Below are positions 25,001 to 35,366 of a stretch of DNA of 64,000 nt, piece after piece. The notes under the pieces are model-generated. The model was not told the DNA's origin, did not search any database, and saw only the letters and a program-made list of their open reading frames with translations. Origin of the DNA: Spizellomyces punctatus DAOM BR117 (lineage: Eukaryota); NCBI GenBank assembly GCA_000182565.2, contig KQ257452.1; one strand, 5' to 3'. The position numbers and the translations under genes were made by a program. The stretch's first letter is position 1, and the number at the start of each line of letters is the position of its first letter.

Positions 25001-26306
25001 GCGTGGAAGCATACGCCTGGATGCTTTGATGTGATATCAATTCAATAAGGGTATCCACGGCGGCATCCAACATGTCAGGTTCGGGCAAGAGTTGAATCGC
25101 CTTGTTCACAAGCGGGCCGAGGGAGCTGTACTGGCGTTATATCAATATCATTCTTGTTTATAACGGTATCGTAGAGTAGGATGGTAACGTACCCAATGGG
25201 GATACCATATTGGATCCAACTCTGCATGCATCGGAGGGCTTTTGCTTTCATGTGTTGGAAGGTGGTGAGGTTGGGAAGTGTGGGTGGGGGGACAAGGTCA
25301 AGAACGTATTGGATTCGGTTTAGAGCCAAACTAGTTGATTCACTCAATTCCTGCATGACTTTGGCCCTATAACCCAAATAAAACCAATCCAATGAACATA
25401 AACTCGACTTTTTCCCAAAATTCCACATGATAGGACATACTGTCGTGAAGGCGACAAATCCGCTTTTCCAACCTCCTCTGGCACAATCGTCAAAAACTCC
25501 AACAAAACAAGTTGCAACCCCACCCGCTCCTCATCACTTGCCGCCAACACCATCCGCCCATCCATAGCCTGACACACCCCCGCAATGAAATTCGGCCACT
25601 GCCCAGAATCATCCTTGAGTGCAAACAAGGCCAACTAGACCCACATGGGTGATCATGGTATTCAAACAAAAAGGGATATGCCATAAACTTACTGCAACAC
25701 ATAACCGCGTAACGACAAACATGGGGCCATCTGTACTCGACAGTAAACAGCTTAGGAGCTCGTCACGGAGGTGAGGGATTTGTTCTGGTGGTAAAGATTC
25801 CCTAATAGTTTGCAATAAAAAGGATGATTAAAGAACTAACTCGAAAAACAACCACCAAACAATCATACCAATCCCGCACAATCTTTTTCTGAAACGTCAG
25901 CGCACCAAAAAACTTTGAATGCGAAGCCTAAACAAACAGACGTCACATTATAATTCAAATTCCAGAACGCAAAAACATTCAAGCTTTTGAAAACCTTGCA
26001 AAACATACCCGAGACTGAATCAATCTCGACGCAAGACCCCACGCTTCCTGTCCCTGCTGAACCGTCACCAACCATTCCTCGGCGGCTTTTTTGGTGTAGA
26101 TGGGTGTACCCGGGTCATATAGCTGTCGGATGGCCTATTCGAAATGAGTAGTTGGCAATTGTCTGTTAGCACTCATCTACAAGAGTCTCTTAAGAAAATG
26201 GGCCTATATGTACCTCTTCGACATGTTCAATGGACATTTGGGGGAGGATCGTAGATCGCGTCGGGCGCTCTGCTGGGGTGAGGAAAGCTTTTGCTGGATG
26301 AGTCAT
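22053..26306 (-). CDS. IPO13: Importin-13-like karyopherin, many exons (start at 26306 or 26237)
   Basis: VEEAIRQLY...AEEWL...FFGALTFQKKIVRDW, VVTRLCVA, LEFLTIVPEE, ALRCMQSWI; C-terminal LQCRGLANTEFG. Confidence 0.8.
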
Positions 26307-26519
26307 ACAAGCTGCAAGCCAGAATTTAAGAACACATACAAAACAAAACAATTCAACAACAACAACAAAAAAACATGTATAGTATTGGTATGGCTACTAT
26401 CAAAAAACATGGTATGCACGATACAAAAAAAAGGGTCACAGAAAAACACACATCTATACTTTCAAAAACTCGTCTAAAAAAAATTTCGGTAACCTCGTCA
26501 ACTCGGTCATAACCGCCTT

Positions 26520-29500
26520 CTACTTTTTGAAAATCCCAAACCCAACGACTCCTTCCAAAACCCCTTCGAACCCTCTCGCCATTTTCTCCAAAGGCCCTTC
26601 AACATTATCCACTTCAACAGCCGAATCCGGGTGTCCGCCCCGGTACCCAGAAACGTCCACACGTAAATCTTCGTCAAAACGGTATACATCCCGACTACGG
26701 ACGCGGACAACGGGGCGGTCTTCGACAATGTCGTTTAGGTGTTCCACCCAGGTTTGGATGGGGCGGAACCAGCTGTTTGTGCGTTTTCGGGGAGTGTCAA
26801 GGGGGGGAGAGGGGGAGTCCGTGATCATGACCGCTCCGTCCGATAACTTGCGATGGGCCTTGACCACGACCGAATGAGCCACAACATCGGATGGTATTCC
26901 CGACTCGTTCGAGGACACGGAAGCCGATTCAACCTCTTCTGACTCGTCAGGGTGGTCCGCATCGGGTCGCCACCACTGCAGTTTGGCGGGATCCCGTTTC
27001 ACGCCTTCGACAGGTGCATCCCGTCTCCACCACGCTAGGCTTTCATCTACCTCGACATCGGAATCAAATTCAGAATCCGTGTCCCAACACCGTGGGACTT
27101 GTCGCGGCGGCATAAATCCCTCCAAATCATCCTTGACAAAAAGGGGTGTGAAAGGGTTTTGAAGCATGGCATAAAGGCCAGAGATTTCCTTTTCGATTTC
27201 AATCCAGTTTCGGTCCGCCGAGCGCTTGAGGTACTCGAAAGCAGCTTCGTGGGCTTCCTGCGTGACATTGAGTTCCGTTTTGTAGGTGACCAAGAGTTCT
27301 TTGGCTGCTGCGAGTTCTTCTTCGGCTTCTGCCGCACGGGCCACGCTTTCCTGAGCCATGGACATGTCGGCTTTGATGTGAGCAAGTTCGGTCCGCGCCG
27401 CAACGAGCTCGCTTTTGAGACGAAGTTTTTGGCGGTTTTGTTTTGCCACCAGTTCTTGAGCTTGGGCGAGTTGGAGTTTTAGGACACGAATGTCGTCTGA
27501 CGCAGCCGTGGGGTGTGCTTCGCTTTCGTGGCTAGTGAGGATGCTCTCTGTGCCGTTGGGTGCGTTGCTGGCGCTGTCGGTCGGGTGAATATCGGGGGTG
27601 TCGGGTTCGTCGGCGGGTGTTGGGGATTGAGGGGGAGAGGGCGGGGCACTGCCAGTCGGACTGGATGTTCCTGATCCTACGAGGGAAAAGATTTTGTCAA
27701 TTTTCGTATGCGCTTCTGATGACAATATCATGACCATGTTCAGGCCCATAGCTCAGGAAAAGACATGGAATGGCGAAAGCCGAGCCCTCACTGTTATCCA
27801 CATGTGCCCCACTGAATACGCTCTCAAAACGCTAATTCAGGGACGAGACGGAATGACGAAAGCTATATCTCACCGTCATCCAGCAAAAGTGTCCAGTGAA
27901 GACGCGCCCGACCGTGTCCAAACACACTAGCTCAGAAAGAGACGGCATGGCAAAACGCCAACTCCTTGCCGTCATCCACTAAAATACCGCTTTCCATCAC
28001 TTGAACATTCCCACCATTTCTCAACCCCCACGTCCATGTTCACTTGTATTCAATCTAACCCGGTCGGTACTCACCCAAATCATCCACATCCCAAACCTTA
28101 ACCTCCCCATCGACACAAGCCGTCACCAATCTCCCCCGCCCAGCCACAAGCGCCACGACTTTTTGCTCAACCTCAAAAGCCCTCGTCACACGCCCTGCTT
28201 TGACATCCCACTCCAACACACTTGCATCTCCCGCGCTGTACAATTTGCCCTTTGATAAGACGAGAGAGTGGACGGGCGAGGTGTGGCCCTTGAGGGTGCG
28301 GAGGGTTTGGCCGGTGCCAATGTCGAGGACGTGGATGGTGCCGTCGTAGGCGGCGCTGTAGAGGAGGTCGCGGCCGAGACAGAGCGTGAGGACTTGGGAC
28401 TGATGCTCTTGGTACGCGACAATGCAGCGGCCTGTATTTAAAAGAGGAGATGTTAGCCATGTGTATTGAAAGCGAGCGGTAGCTCTCGCTCCTCCCAGTC
28501 GCTACACTGCAACGCGGAAGAGTGATAGGTGCACCTAGCCCATCATGTCGCCCAGCGAGTTGTGGAAGCAACCAGCGCTCGCCTCCCAGTCGCTAGCCTG
28601 CAACGCGGAAGATTGATAGGTGCACATAGCCCATCATGTCGCCCAGCGAGTTGTGGAAGCAACCAGCGCTCGCCTCCCAGCCGCTAGCCTGCAACGCAAA
28701 GGTGGGGCAGGTGCACCTAGCGAATATACCGCCCGAACCTGAACCCAGACCCTAACCACTAGCCCAACAATTACCCAACAAAGCTCGAACCTTAGACCCG
28801 AACTCTAGCCCATCCCTAACCCAAAACCGAACTCTAACCGAACCTGAAGCCCGCAACCCAACCATTAACGACTAACCCGAACCTTAATCCCCTAACCCAA
28901 CTCTAACCCGAACGCTAACCATCACTCAACTCCCCTTACCTAAATCCCAACCTCCCCCTAATCCCTGATCCCTAATCCCCAACTCCAACACTCACCAGTA
29001 GACATGTCCCATACTCGAACCGTTCGATCTGCACCGCTTGAATACAATCTCTTTCCGTCAGCACACAATGCCGTCACACTCCCCGAGTGCCCTCTGAGCA
29101 TCCATCTCCTCCGACAACTTCTGGCATCCCACTCACTGACACCACCATCTTGACCTCCAGAGTACAATTTCCCTTCAGGCGTAAAGCACAATGCCAAGAC
29201 AGGCCCTTTGTGACCAATGACACTCCTTGCACAAGCACCCGAGGACAAGGACCAAACACGGATAGAGCCGTCCTCGTAGCCTGAAAATAGCCTGCGAGCA
29301 CTGGAAGCCAGACTAGAGACATTTGCACCGGTTGTCACAAAGGAGCGCAGCGTCGAGTGTGAGAGGGTATTGTATTCCAGGACAGAAGCGTGCGTGCCTA
29401 CGTAGAGCGTGTCACTGTTGGTGGCGAGACAAGAGACATGATTGTTTGTGTCGAGCGGCAGCCTCGAGTCCGTGCTTGTTGGGTGATAAAGAGGAGGAGG

Positions 29501-29710
29501 AGAAAGAGAAGAAGAAGAAGGAAGAGGTGGGGATTTAAAGAGAGACCAGAGACTGTCCATGACCGTCCCAATCCCCTTGTCGTGAGCGGTGGTGGCGGAA
29601 GGAACAAGCGTCGAGCGATGAGTGTCCTTGTTATTATGAATAGCAAGACTACTTGTGTTAGTAGTAGTAGTAATAAGAGAAGAAGAAGACAAGGAAGGCA
29701 ATAAACGCAT
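26520..29710 (-). CDS. WD40-repeat protein fused to a coiled-coil/acidic C-terminal region (3 exons; introns 28432-28995 and 27716-28074)
   Basis: GH...WD repeats (LFSGYEDGSIRVW, LYSGGQDGGVSEWD, LYSSGADRTVRVWD, LYSAAYDGTIHV). The phase-1 donor TTGG|gtgagt matches acceptor catcag|AAGCG, joining ORF 26520-27749. Confidence 0.75.
27740..27980 (-). repeat. Three diverged tandem units (spacings 96 and 82 bp), intronic
   Basis: Sense-strand units tggatgacgg...tt(t/c)g(c/t)cat(g/t)cc(g/a)t.tc...ctga(g/a)(c/t)ta near 27979, 27883 and 27800. Confidence 0.7.
28487..28721. repeat. 91-bp tandem repeat, ~2.6 copies, intronic
   Basis: Unit cgctcgcctcccagtcgctagcctgcaacgcggaag...gtgcac.tagcccatcatgtcgcccagcgagttgtggaagcaaccag at 28487, 28576 and 28667. 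Confidence 0.95.
28730..28990 (-). repeat. Degenerate telomere-like (TTAGGG-related) hexamer array, intronic
   Basis: On the + strand: ccctaacc, cccgaacc, ctctaacc and ccctaatcc variants over ~260 bp. Confidence 0.75.
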
Positions 29711-29951
29711 TGTCTATACAAATCTATGCAATCCAATGCAAAAAACCAACCCAACAAAGGAGGGGACGAAAGCGGTCCAATGAGTCATTCAATGGTGAAG
29801 CGGAGTAAAAAAAATAAAATTATGTGGGGAGCGAGGATTGAACCCTTCAAATGTCATGTGATTGGGGGGGGAGAGAGAGGGGGAAACACATACGGGGGAG
29901 TGTGAATAAGCAAATGAGCGAGATTGTGTTTTTGATTAGAGTTTGGAATAA

Positions 29952-30003
29952 GATGAGCATTTGGGGAGATGGAGGATTAAGATGAGATGAGCGTTGAGAT
30001 GAG
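29952..30003 (+). promoter_or_regulatory. Cluster of four GATGAG (PAC-like) motifs in the divergent WD40/SUV3 promoter
   Basis: GATGAG at 29952, 29981, 29986 and 29998. Confidence 0.3.
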
Positions 30004-30228
30004 GGTTTGGTTTAAAAGTCACTTTTGCGAGATTTTGCATTTAACGCTTGCATGGATAGTTATTCAATGCATTTGCACTTGGGCTTTCATGCTCAACTTT
30101 TTTATTTCTTCTTGCAATGAAGGGAATTTCACACTTTCACACTTGTACATTGGAATGCATTGGAATGTATTCATATTTCATCCTTGTTGCATCTCGCAAC
30201 TCTTCCCAACTGCGGGCTTTTGCAAGTC

Positions 30229-32998
30229 ATGATCGTCATTAGACGCTTGTATGCTTGTCCCATTCGCACACTTGTTCGCTCTTCTCACTCTCTCGCATCT
30301 CGCATCCCTTTTACCCAACCTTCTCCCTCCCAACAGAGAGGTATTTCACATGTGGAATTAGCAAAATATACTCGATTATGACATTTTCTTTTCTAGCCCT
30401 TGCAAAGTACCTCGACTACTTTAACAGGTCAAATTGGGTAAAGCAAAAATGTCTGGCCATGGGAGTCGAACACAAGGTCCTCGAGACTGCTCTCAAAGAG
30501 TACAAAGAGAGTCTCTTGCGTGACTCTGTCAATGGCTTGAGTCTCGCCGACGCAGTCGCTCATATCGAGGCCAATAGTGAGTATCGATTGTATCAATGGA
30601 AGGGTTCCTCGCTATTGCTAACACATTGGGTCTTATTGTTGCCAGGCAAAATGGACAAGGTCCTCCTGCCTGCATTCTACACTTTTCTCGCGGATCGATA
30701 CCCACAAAAGGTCGAGCTCTTGCGCTCTCTCATGAGCTTTAGCGATCTGACTTCTCCCGCCGACTGGCACTCTGGCGCTCGCTCCATGAAGAGGTGGGTA
30801 TTTGGCTTCGAGTTTCAGTTTGGGGTTCGTGTTCGTGTTAGGGTTCAGGCTCAGTGTTTTAGGGTTTGGGATTTGGATTTGGGACTGGAATTGGGATAGG
30901 GCCATGACTCGCTGGCGTTCGTTGCTAACGCACGTCATGGAGCTATAGTGGAGGGTAACATTGAGCTATGGCGAGTGCGAGAGCACATGAAGAGGGAGCC
31001 CGTCGTTGTCCTGGAAAGCTTGCCTCTGTGCAATCGCACTGCCGTTCGTTGCACGACACTTGTGACTGACATGTGTTATATTTGTTTAGGAAAATCATTA
31101 TGCATGTGGGACCGACAAATTCAGGGAAAACGTATGCTGCCCTCCAACGCCTCGAACAATGCGCAACCGGCATCTACTGCGGTCCGCTGCGTCTCCTCGC
31201 CCATGAAGTCTACGAACGCTTAAACAGTAAAGGCGTGCCCTGCAACTTGCTCACAGGAGAAGAACGGAGAGAGAGCGACGGGGTCTTTAAATGGGCCGCA
31301 ACCGTCGAAATGGCGCCCGTCACGAAAAGATTTAATGTTGCCGTATTAGACGAGATTCAAATGATTGGAGACCGGACCCGAGGCTGGGCCTGGACGCAAG
31401 CCCTCTTGGGACTTCAAGCGGAAGAAATTCACGTTTGTGGTGAACCCACGGCCGTACCTCTCGTTCAGGCCATGGCAAAGGAAACGGGGGACCACGTGCA
31501 AATCAACACTTATCAGCGTCTCACGGGGCTGACAGTCAAGGGGGCTGGACTGGGAGGCAAGCTGGCGGACCTCAAACGGGGAGACTGCGTCGTGACCTTT
31601 TCGAGACAAAACATTTTTGCCCTCAAGAGGCAGATTGAGGAAAAGACGCGGTTGCGTGCTGCAGTCATTTACGGAAGCTTGCCCCCGGAAACGAGGGCTG
31701 AACAAGCCAAACTCTTTAATGATCCCAATAGCGTGTATGATGTGCTGGTGGCTTCGGACGCTATCGGCATGGGACTCAACTTGTATGTTGCACATGTTCC
31801 TCGCCCAAATTTCATTGTCACTCACTCTTTTGCATTTCCAGAAATATTGGGCGCATGATTTTTGAGCGCGTTGAAAAATGGGACGGAATGCGAACAAAAT
31901 CTTTGACGGTCTCGGAAATCAAACAAATTGCAGGACGTGCAGGGCGTTTCGGAACTCAGTATGAGAATGGGGAGGTTTGCACGTATGTTTTGCAGTTGTT
32001 GCCTTACCTTGCCATCAATACTTGATACTGATACTCTATACGCTGGTGCAGACTGGATGATTATGATATGCACACGTTGAGAAGGGCCATGAAAGTCAAG
32101 GCTCCCAATGTCATGGTAAAAGCGTTGCGCTCAATTGGAGTTTTTTAGCATGTATATACTAAAAGCCAATCTAGTCCGCGGGACTTCATCCTACCCTGGA
32201 ACAAATTGAGAGCTTTTCAAAATACCTCCCCAACGAATCCCTCGCATCCCTACTCGTACGTGTTGTTGATCTTTGGATGCCAACGACATGATGACACTTC
32301 ACTCATAAAAACTTCCACAGGACCGTTTTGAAGACCTGGCCTCTCTCGGCGGTCGTTACTTTCTCTGCAACCTCGACTCGCAACGCGCCATCGCCAACAC
32401 CATCGCCGCCGTCCCGCTCACCCTCCGCGACCGCTACATTTTTCTCCTGGCCCCGTGCAACATCAAAGATACCCTCCTCGCCTCCCGCATGCTTACGTTT
32501 GCCAAAGCCCACGCTTCTGGCACAGAATGCCCGCTAGAACCCCACATTTCCCTTCCGACCCACGCCCCGAACACGATTGAAGACCTTCGGGACCTGGAAG
32601 CTCAGCACCGGGTCATTATATTGTACATGTGGTTGAGTCAGCGGTTTGCCGAAACGTTTACGGATGTATCAGGTGCGAGCGTGCTGAAACGCCAGTGTGA
32701 GCGATTGATTAATACTGGATTGGCGGAATTGACATTTGAGCGCCGTCGGAAAAAGAGCAAACCGCGCAACAGGTTGGGTGATGACGCTCGTGTGGAGACT
32801 GTGGAGACAGAGACCCCTTTGTCACCTCCATCACATTCTGATGTGAACCAAGGCATTTTGGATCTGTTGCCCCAAAACAAGCACAAGCGTCCTGGTATGG
32901 GCAAAAAGCCTCGGTCCACAGAGACTGTTATTGTGAATTTTTTGAAAAAGACGCTGGACCGGCCGGCAAAGTCTGGGGGTAGTGAGGAGCGGTATTAG
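30229..32998 (+). CDS. SUV3: Mitochondrial ATP-dependent RNA helicase Suv3
   Basis: Arg-rich presequence; ARSMKR/KIIMHVGPTNSGKTY, YCGPLRLLAHE, DEIQMI, RGWAWTQALLG, GDCVVTFSR, IYGSLPPETR, ASDAIGMGLN, QIAGRAGR. Confidence 0.95.
30794..30902 (+). repeat. Degenerate telomere-like G/T hexamer array at the 5' end of SUV3 intron 30794-31089
   Basis: tttggggttcgtgttcgtgttagggttcagg...tttagggtttgggatttggatttggg...gataggg. Confidence 0.65.
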
Positions 32999-33199
32999 TA
33001 GATGGTTTATTTTATATGGCAGGGTGTATATAGATTTTGCATTTATTTATATTATAATTATATTTCTTGTTGCATGTCGAGTTTGTTGATCCAGGGAGTG
33101 GCTTGGCATGATGACCCAAGCAACCGTATTTTTGTCCGGTTGTCGTGGTTGGACCACGCTGGTGAACGATCGCCGGCATTTACCATTGTTAACATCACC

Positions 33200-34012
33200 A
33201 TGTCTCTGTGCCGAGTCTACCCCCGTCGCCTCTTGCTCCCTTTATCCTATCGAACATTTGCCAGCGCCCCCTCCCCCGTCTTTGCAGCCAATTCCACCTC
33301 AACCCGCACCAAAGCCAAACGCGTCCTCGCAGCCGTTGGATGCATTAGTGTAGGCGGCCTAGCCCTCTACCGCACAATGTCGTCCGACACACCCGCACCC
33401 AGCCCCCCAAAACCAACATTTGTCCCACGTCCCATAGTCATTTGCGGCCCATCCGGAAGCGGCAAATCCACTCTCCTCACCCGACTCTTTAAAGACTACC
33501 CAACCGAATTCGGGTTCAGTATCTCGCATACGACTCGTTCACCACGTCCAGGAGAGACCAATGGAAAAGAATACCATTTCACAGACCGTGATAGCATGCT
33601 AAAATCCATTTCCCAAAACGAGTTTCTGGAACATGCGGAATTTGCGTCGAATTTGTATGGAACGTCGTTTAAGGCCGTTCAGTCCGTTTTGGATGCCAAT
33701 AAGCATGTTATTTTGGATATTGATGTACAGGGGGTGCAACAATTGCAACAAGCCATACGAAATGGAAAAGGGTTCACCACTCGTCCTCTTTTTATTTTTG
33801 TTGCGCCGCCTGATGTGGGGGTTTTGGAACGGCGGTTAAGAGGTCGTGGGACGGAGAATGAAAGTAGTTTGAAAAAGCGGTTGGAGGCTGCTACACGAGA
33901 ATTGGAGTGGGGGTTGGGCAAAGGGAATGTGGATGTTGTGATTGTGAATGAGGATGTGGATAGGGCTTATGAGGAGCTTAAGCGGGCGATTTTTGGTGAT
34001 AACAAGGTGTGA
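33200..34012 (+). CDS. GUK1: Guanylate kinase with N-terminal extension; intronless
   Basis: RPIVICGPSGSGKSTL, FSISHTTRSPRPGE, YHF, NLYGTS, LDIDVQG, LERRLRGRGTE. Confidence 0.95.
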   Translation: MSLCRVYPRRLLLPLSYRTFASAPSPVFAANSTSTRTKAKRVLAAVGCISVGGLALYRTMSSDTPAPSPPKPTFVPRPIVICGPSGSGKSTLLTRLFKDYPTEFGFSISHTTRSPRPGETNGKEYHFTDRDSMLKSISQNEFLEHAEFASNLYGTSFKAVQSVLDANKHVILDIDVQGVQQLQQAIRNGKGFTTRPLFIFVAPPDVGVLERRLRGRGTENESSLKKRLEAATRELEWGLGKGNVDVVIVNEDVDRAYEELKRAIFGDNKV

Positions 34013-34053
34013 TTGTTGCACCAGAAAAGAATGGGGTTGATAGATAGTATTTA

Positions 34054-34958
34054 TTAAAACACCAGAGGACGTTGAGCTGGCCATACCCGTTCTATCCAAA
34101 CAAAAGTACCTATATAAACACATGCACATTGATTTCGACAAACACTCTTGCAACTCACCACTTTCAAGTACAAGCGTAAAGGATTTCGCGTAAATGTCTA
34201 TCCACTCTTCAATGGACATGACGGTTTTTGACTGAATAATAGCCGACAAGAGCGATGATCTTGGGATGGAATCTCTAAACTGCGTTGTCAATTCATCCAA
34301 AGCCACTTTTAAATCATTCTAAACACAAAAAGATATTAGCTACCAAATTAAAAACACTCCATAAAAACAAAACTGACCTTTCCCATTGTCCCCAGCCCAA
34401 CCCCAACCTTACACAACTCTACACAAACACCCGCAACAACGTCTTCATCCACTTCAACAACATCCTCCCCACCAACCCCAGCCCGCCCTTCCAAAACCCT
34501 CCCAGCCCAAAACGGGAAAAACCGATGATAAACATCATCCAACACAGCGAGTACCTTACTTTTCCCCAACAATGGATGAGATTGTAACGAAGTCATGAAT
34601 GCATATGTGGTTTTTGTGGAGGATTCGAGGATGTGGATGTAGGTTTCTGGATAGAGGACTAAAAGACCTGTTATGAGATCTGTATCTGTTTGATGGGTTT
34701 TGAATAGTTTTTGGTAGTTTGCTAAAAGACGACCATAGTTTACTAATTGTTAATTTGCTGTGCTTTTTGTTCTTGTTGTCAAATGTACTTACCAATGATT
34801 TCTGAGCGGTCAGTTTGGGGAGGTATGGATCCACAGACAATGATCCGATACAGTAATGTGGTTTTGTTTTGGCGGGCGAGACTGTCGCGGATCGTGTCGA
34901 GAAGGGATATGCGTTTTGGGTCATCGGGGGTGGGTGGTGTGAGGGGTGGGGTGGACAT
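34054..34958 (-). CDS. TEX47/C7orf62-like protein (BLUF-like fold)
   Basis: Spliced: SLLDTI...LLYRIIVCG..., ITGLLVLYPETYIHILESS, KVLAVLDDVYHRFFPFW, and C-terminal LVLESERVWP. Confidence 0.7.
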
Positions 34959-35366
34959 TTGACGTTTATTTTTTGTATTTGGGAATGGAATATCCAAAAA
35001 GGCGACAAGAAACGATGGAGGGGCCCCTTGCTTCTCCGCTCGACGTGGGTTATTACGTGATCAGAATTGGTAAGTTTTTAAGGACAGTTTCGCGACTTGG
35101 ACTTTTGACAGCTTTCTGTGTGTGTGGGTAGAGTTTTGTTGTTGGAATGTCCATTCCGCTTATCCGACATTTCCACTTTGGTTGTCCACTCGTATTTGTG
35201 CATTTGGCAAAAAGAGTCGTGAGAGTCAAGGTCTTGTTGTTTGTTGTGGCATTGGTTGGGTTCTTGTTTGACCTCTAGTCGTTTTTCGGTTTGCGTTTGG
35301 GTGAGTCTCCCCATTATCGACTAAAGTAATCTTGCGAGCTCATTTGGTATCGTTCGTAGTGGGGTG

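Noticed and set aside
28487-28721. CRISPR-like array
   Set aside because: The units are contiguous, near-identical 91-mers with no unique spacers, inside a eukaryotic intron, and there are no cas genes.
33002-33199. Longer N-terminus of GUK1 from the ORF track
   Set aside because: It lies in the AT-rich 3' region immediately after the SUV3 stop; the ATG at 33200 has better context.
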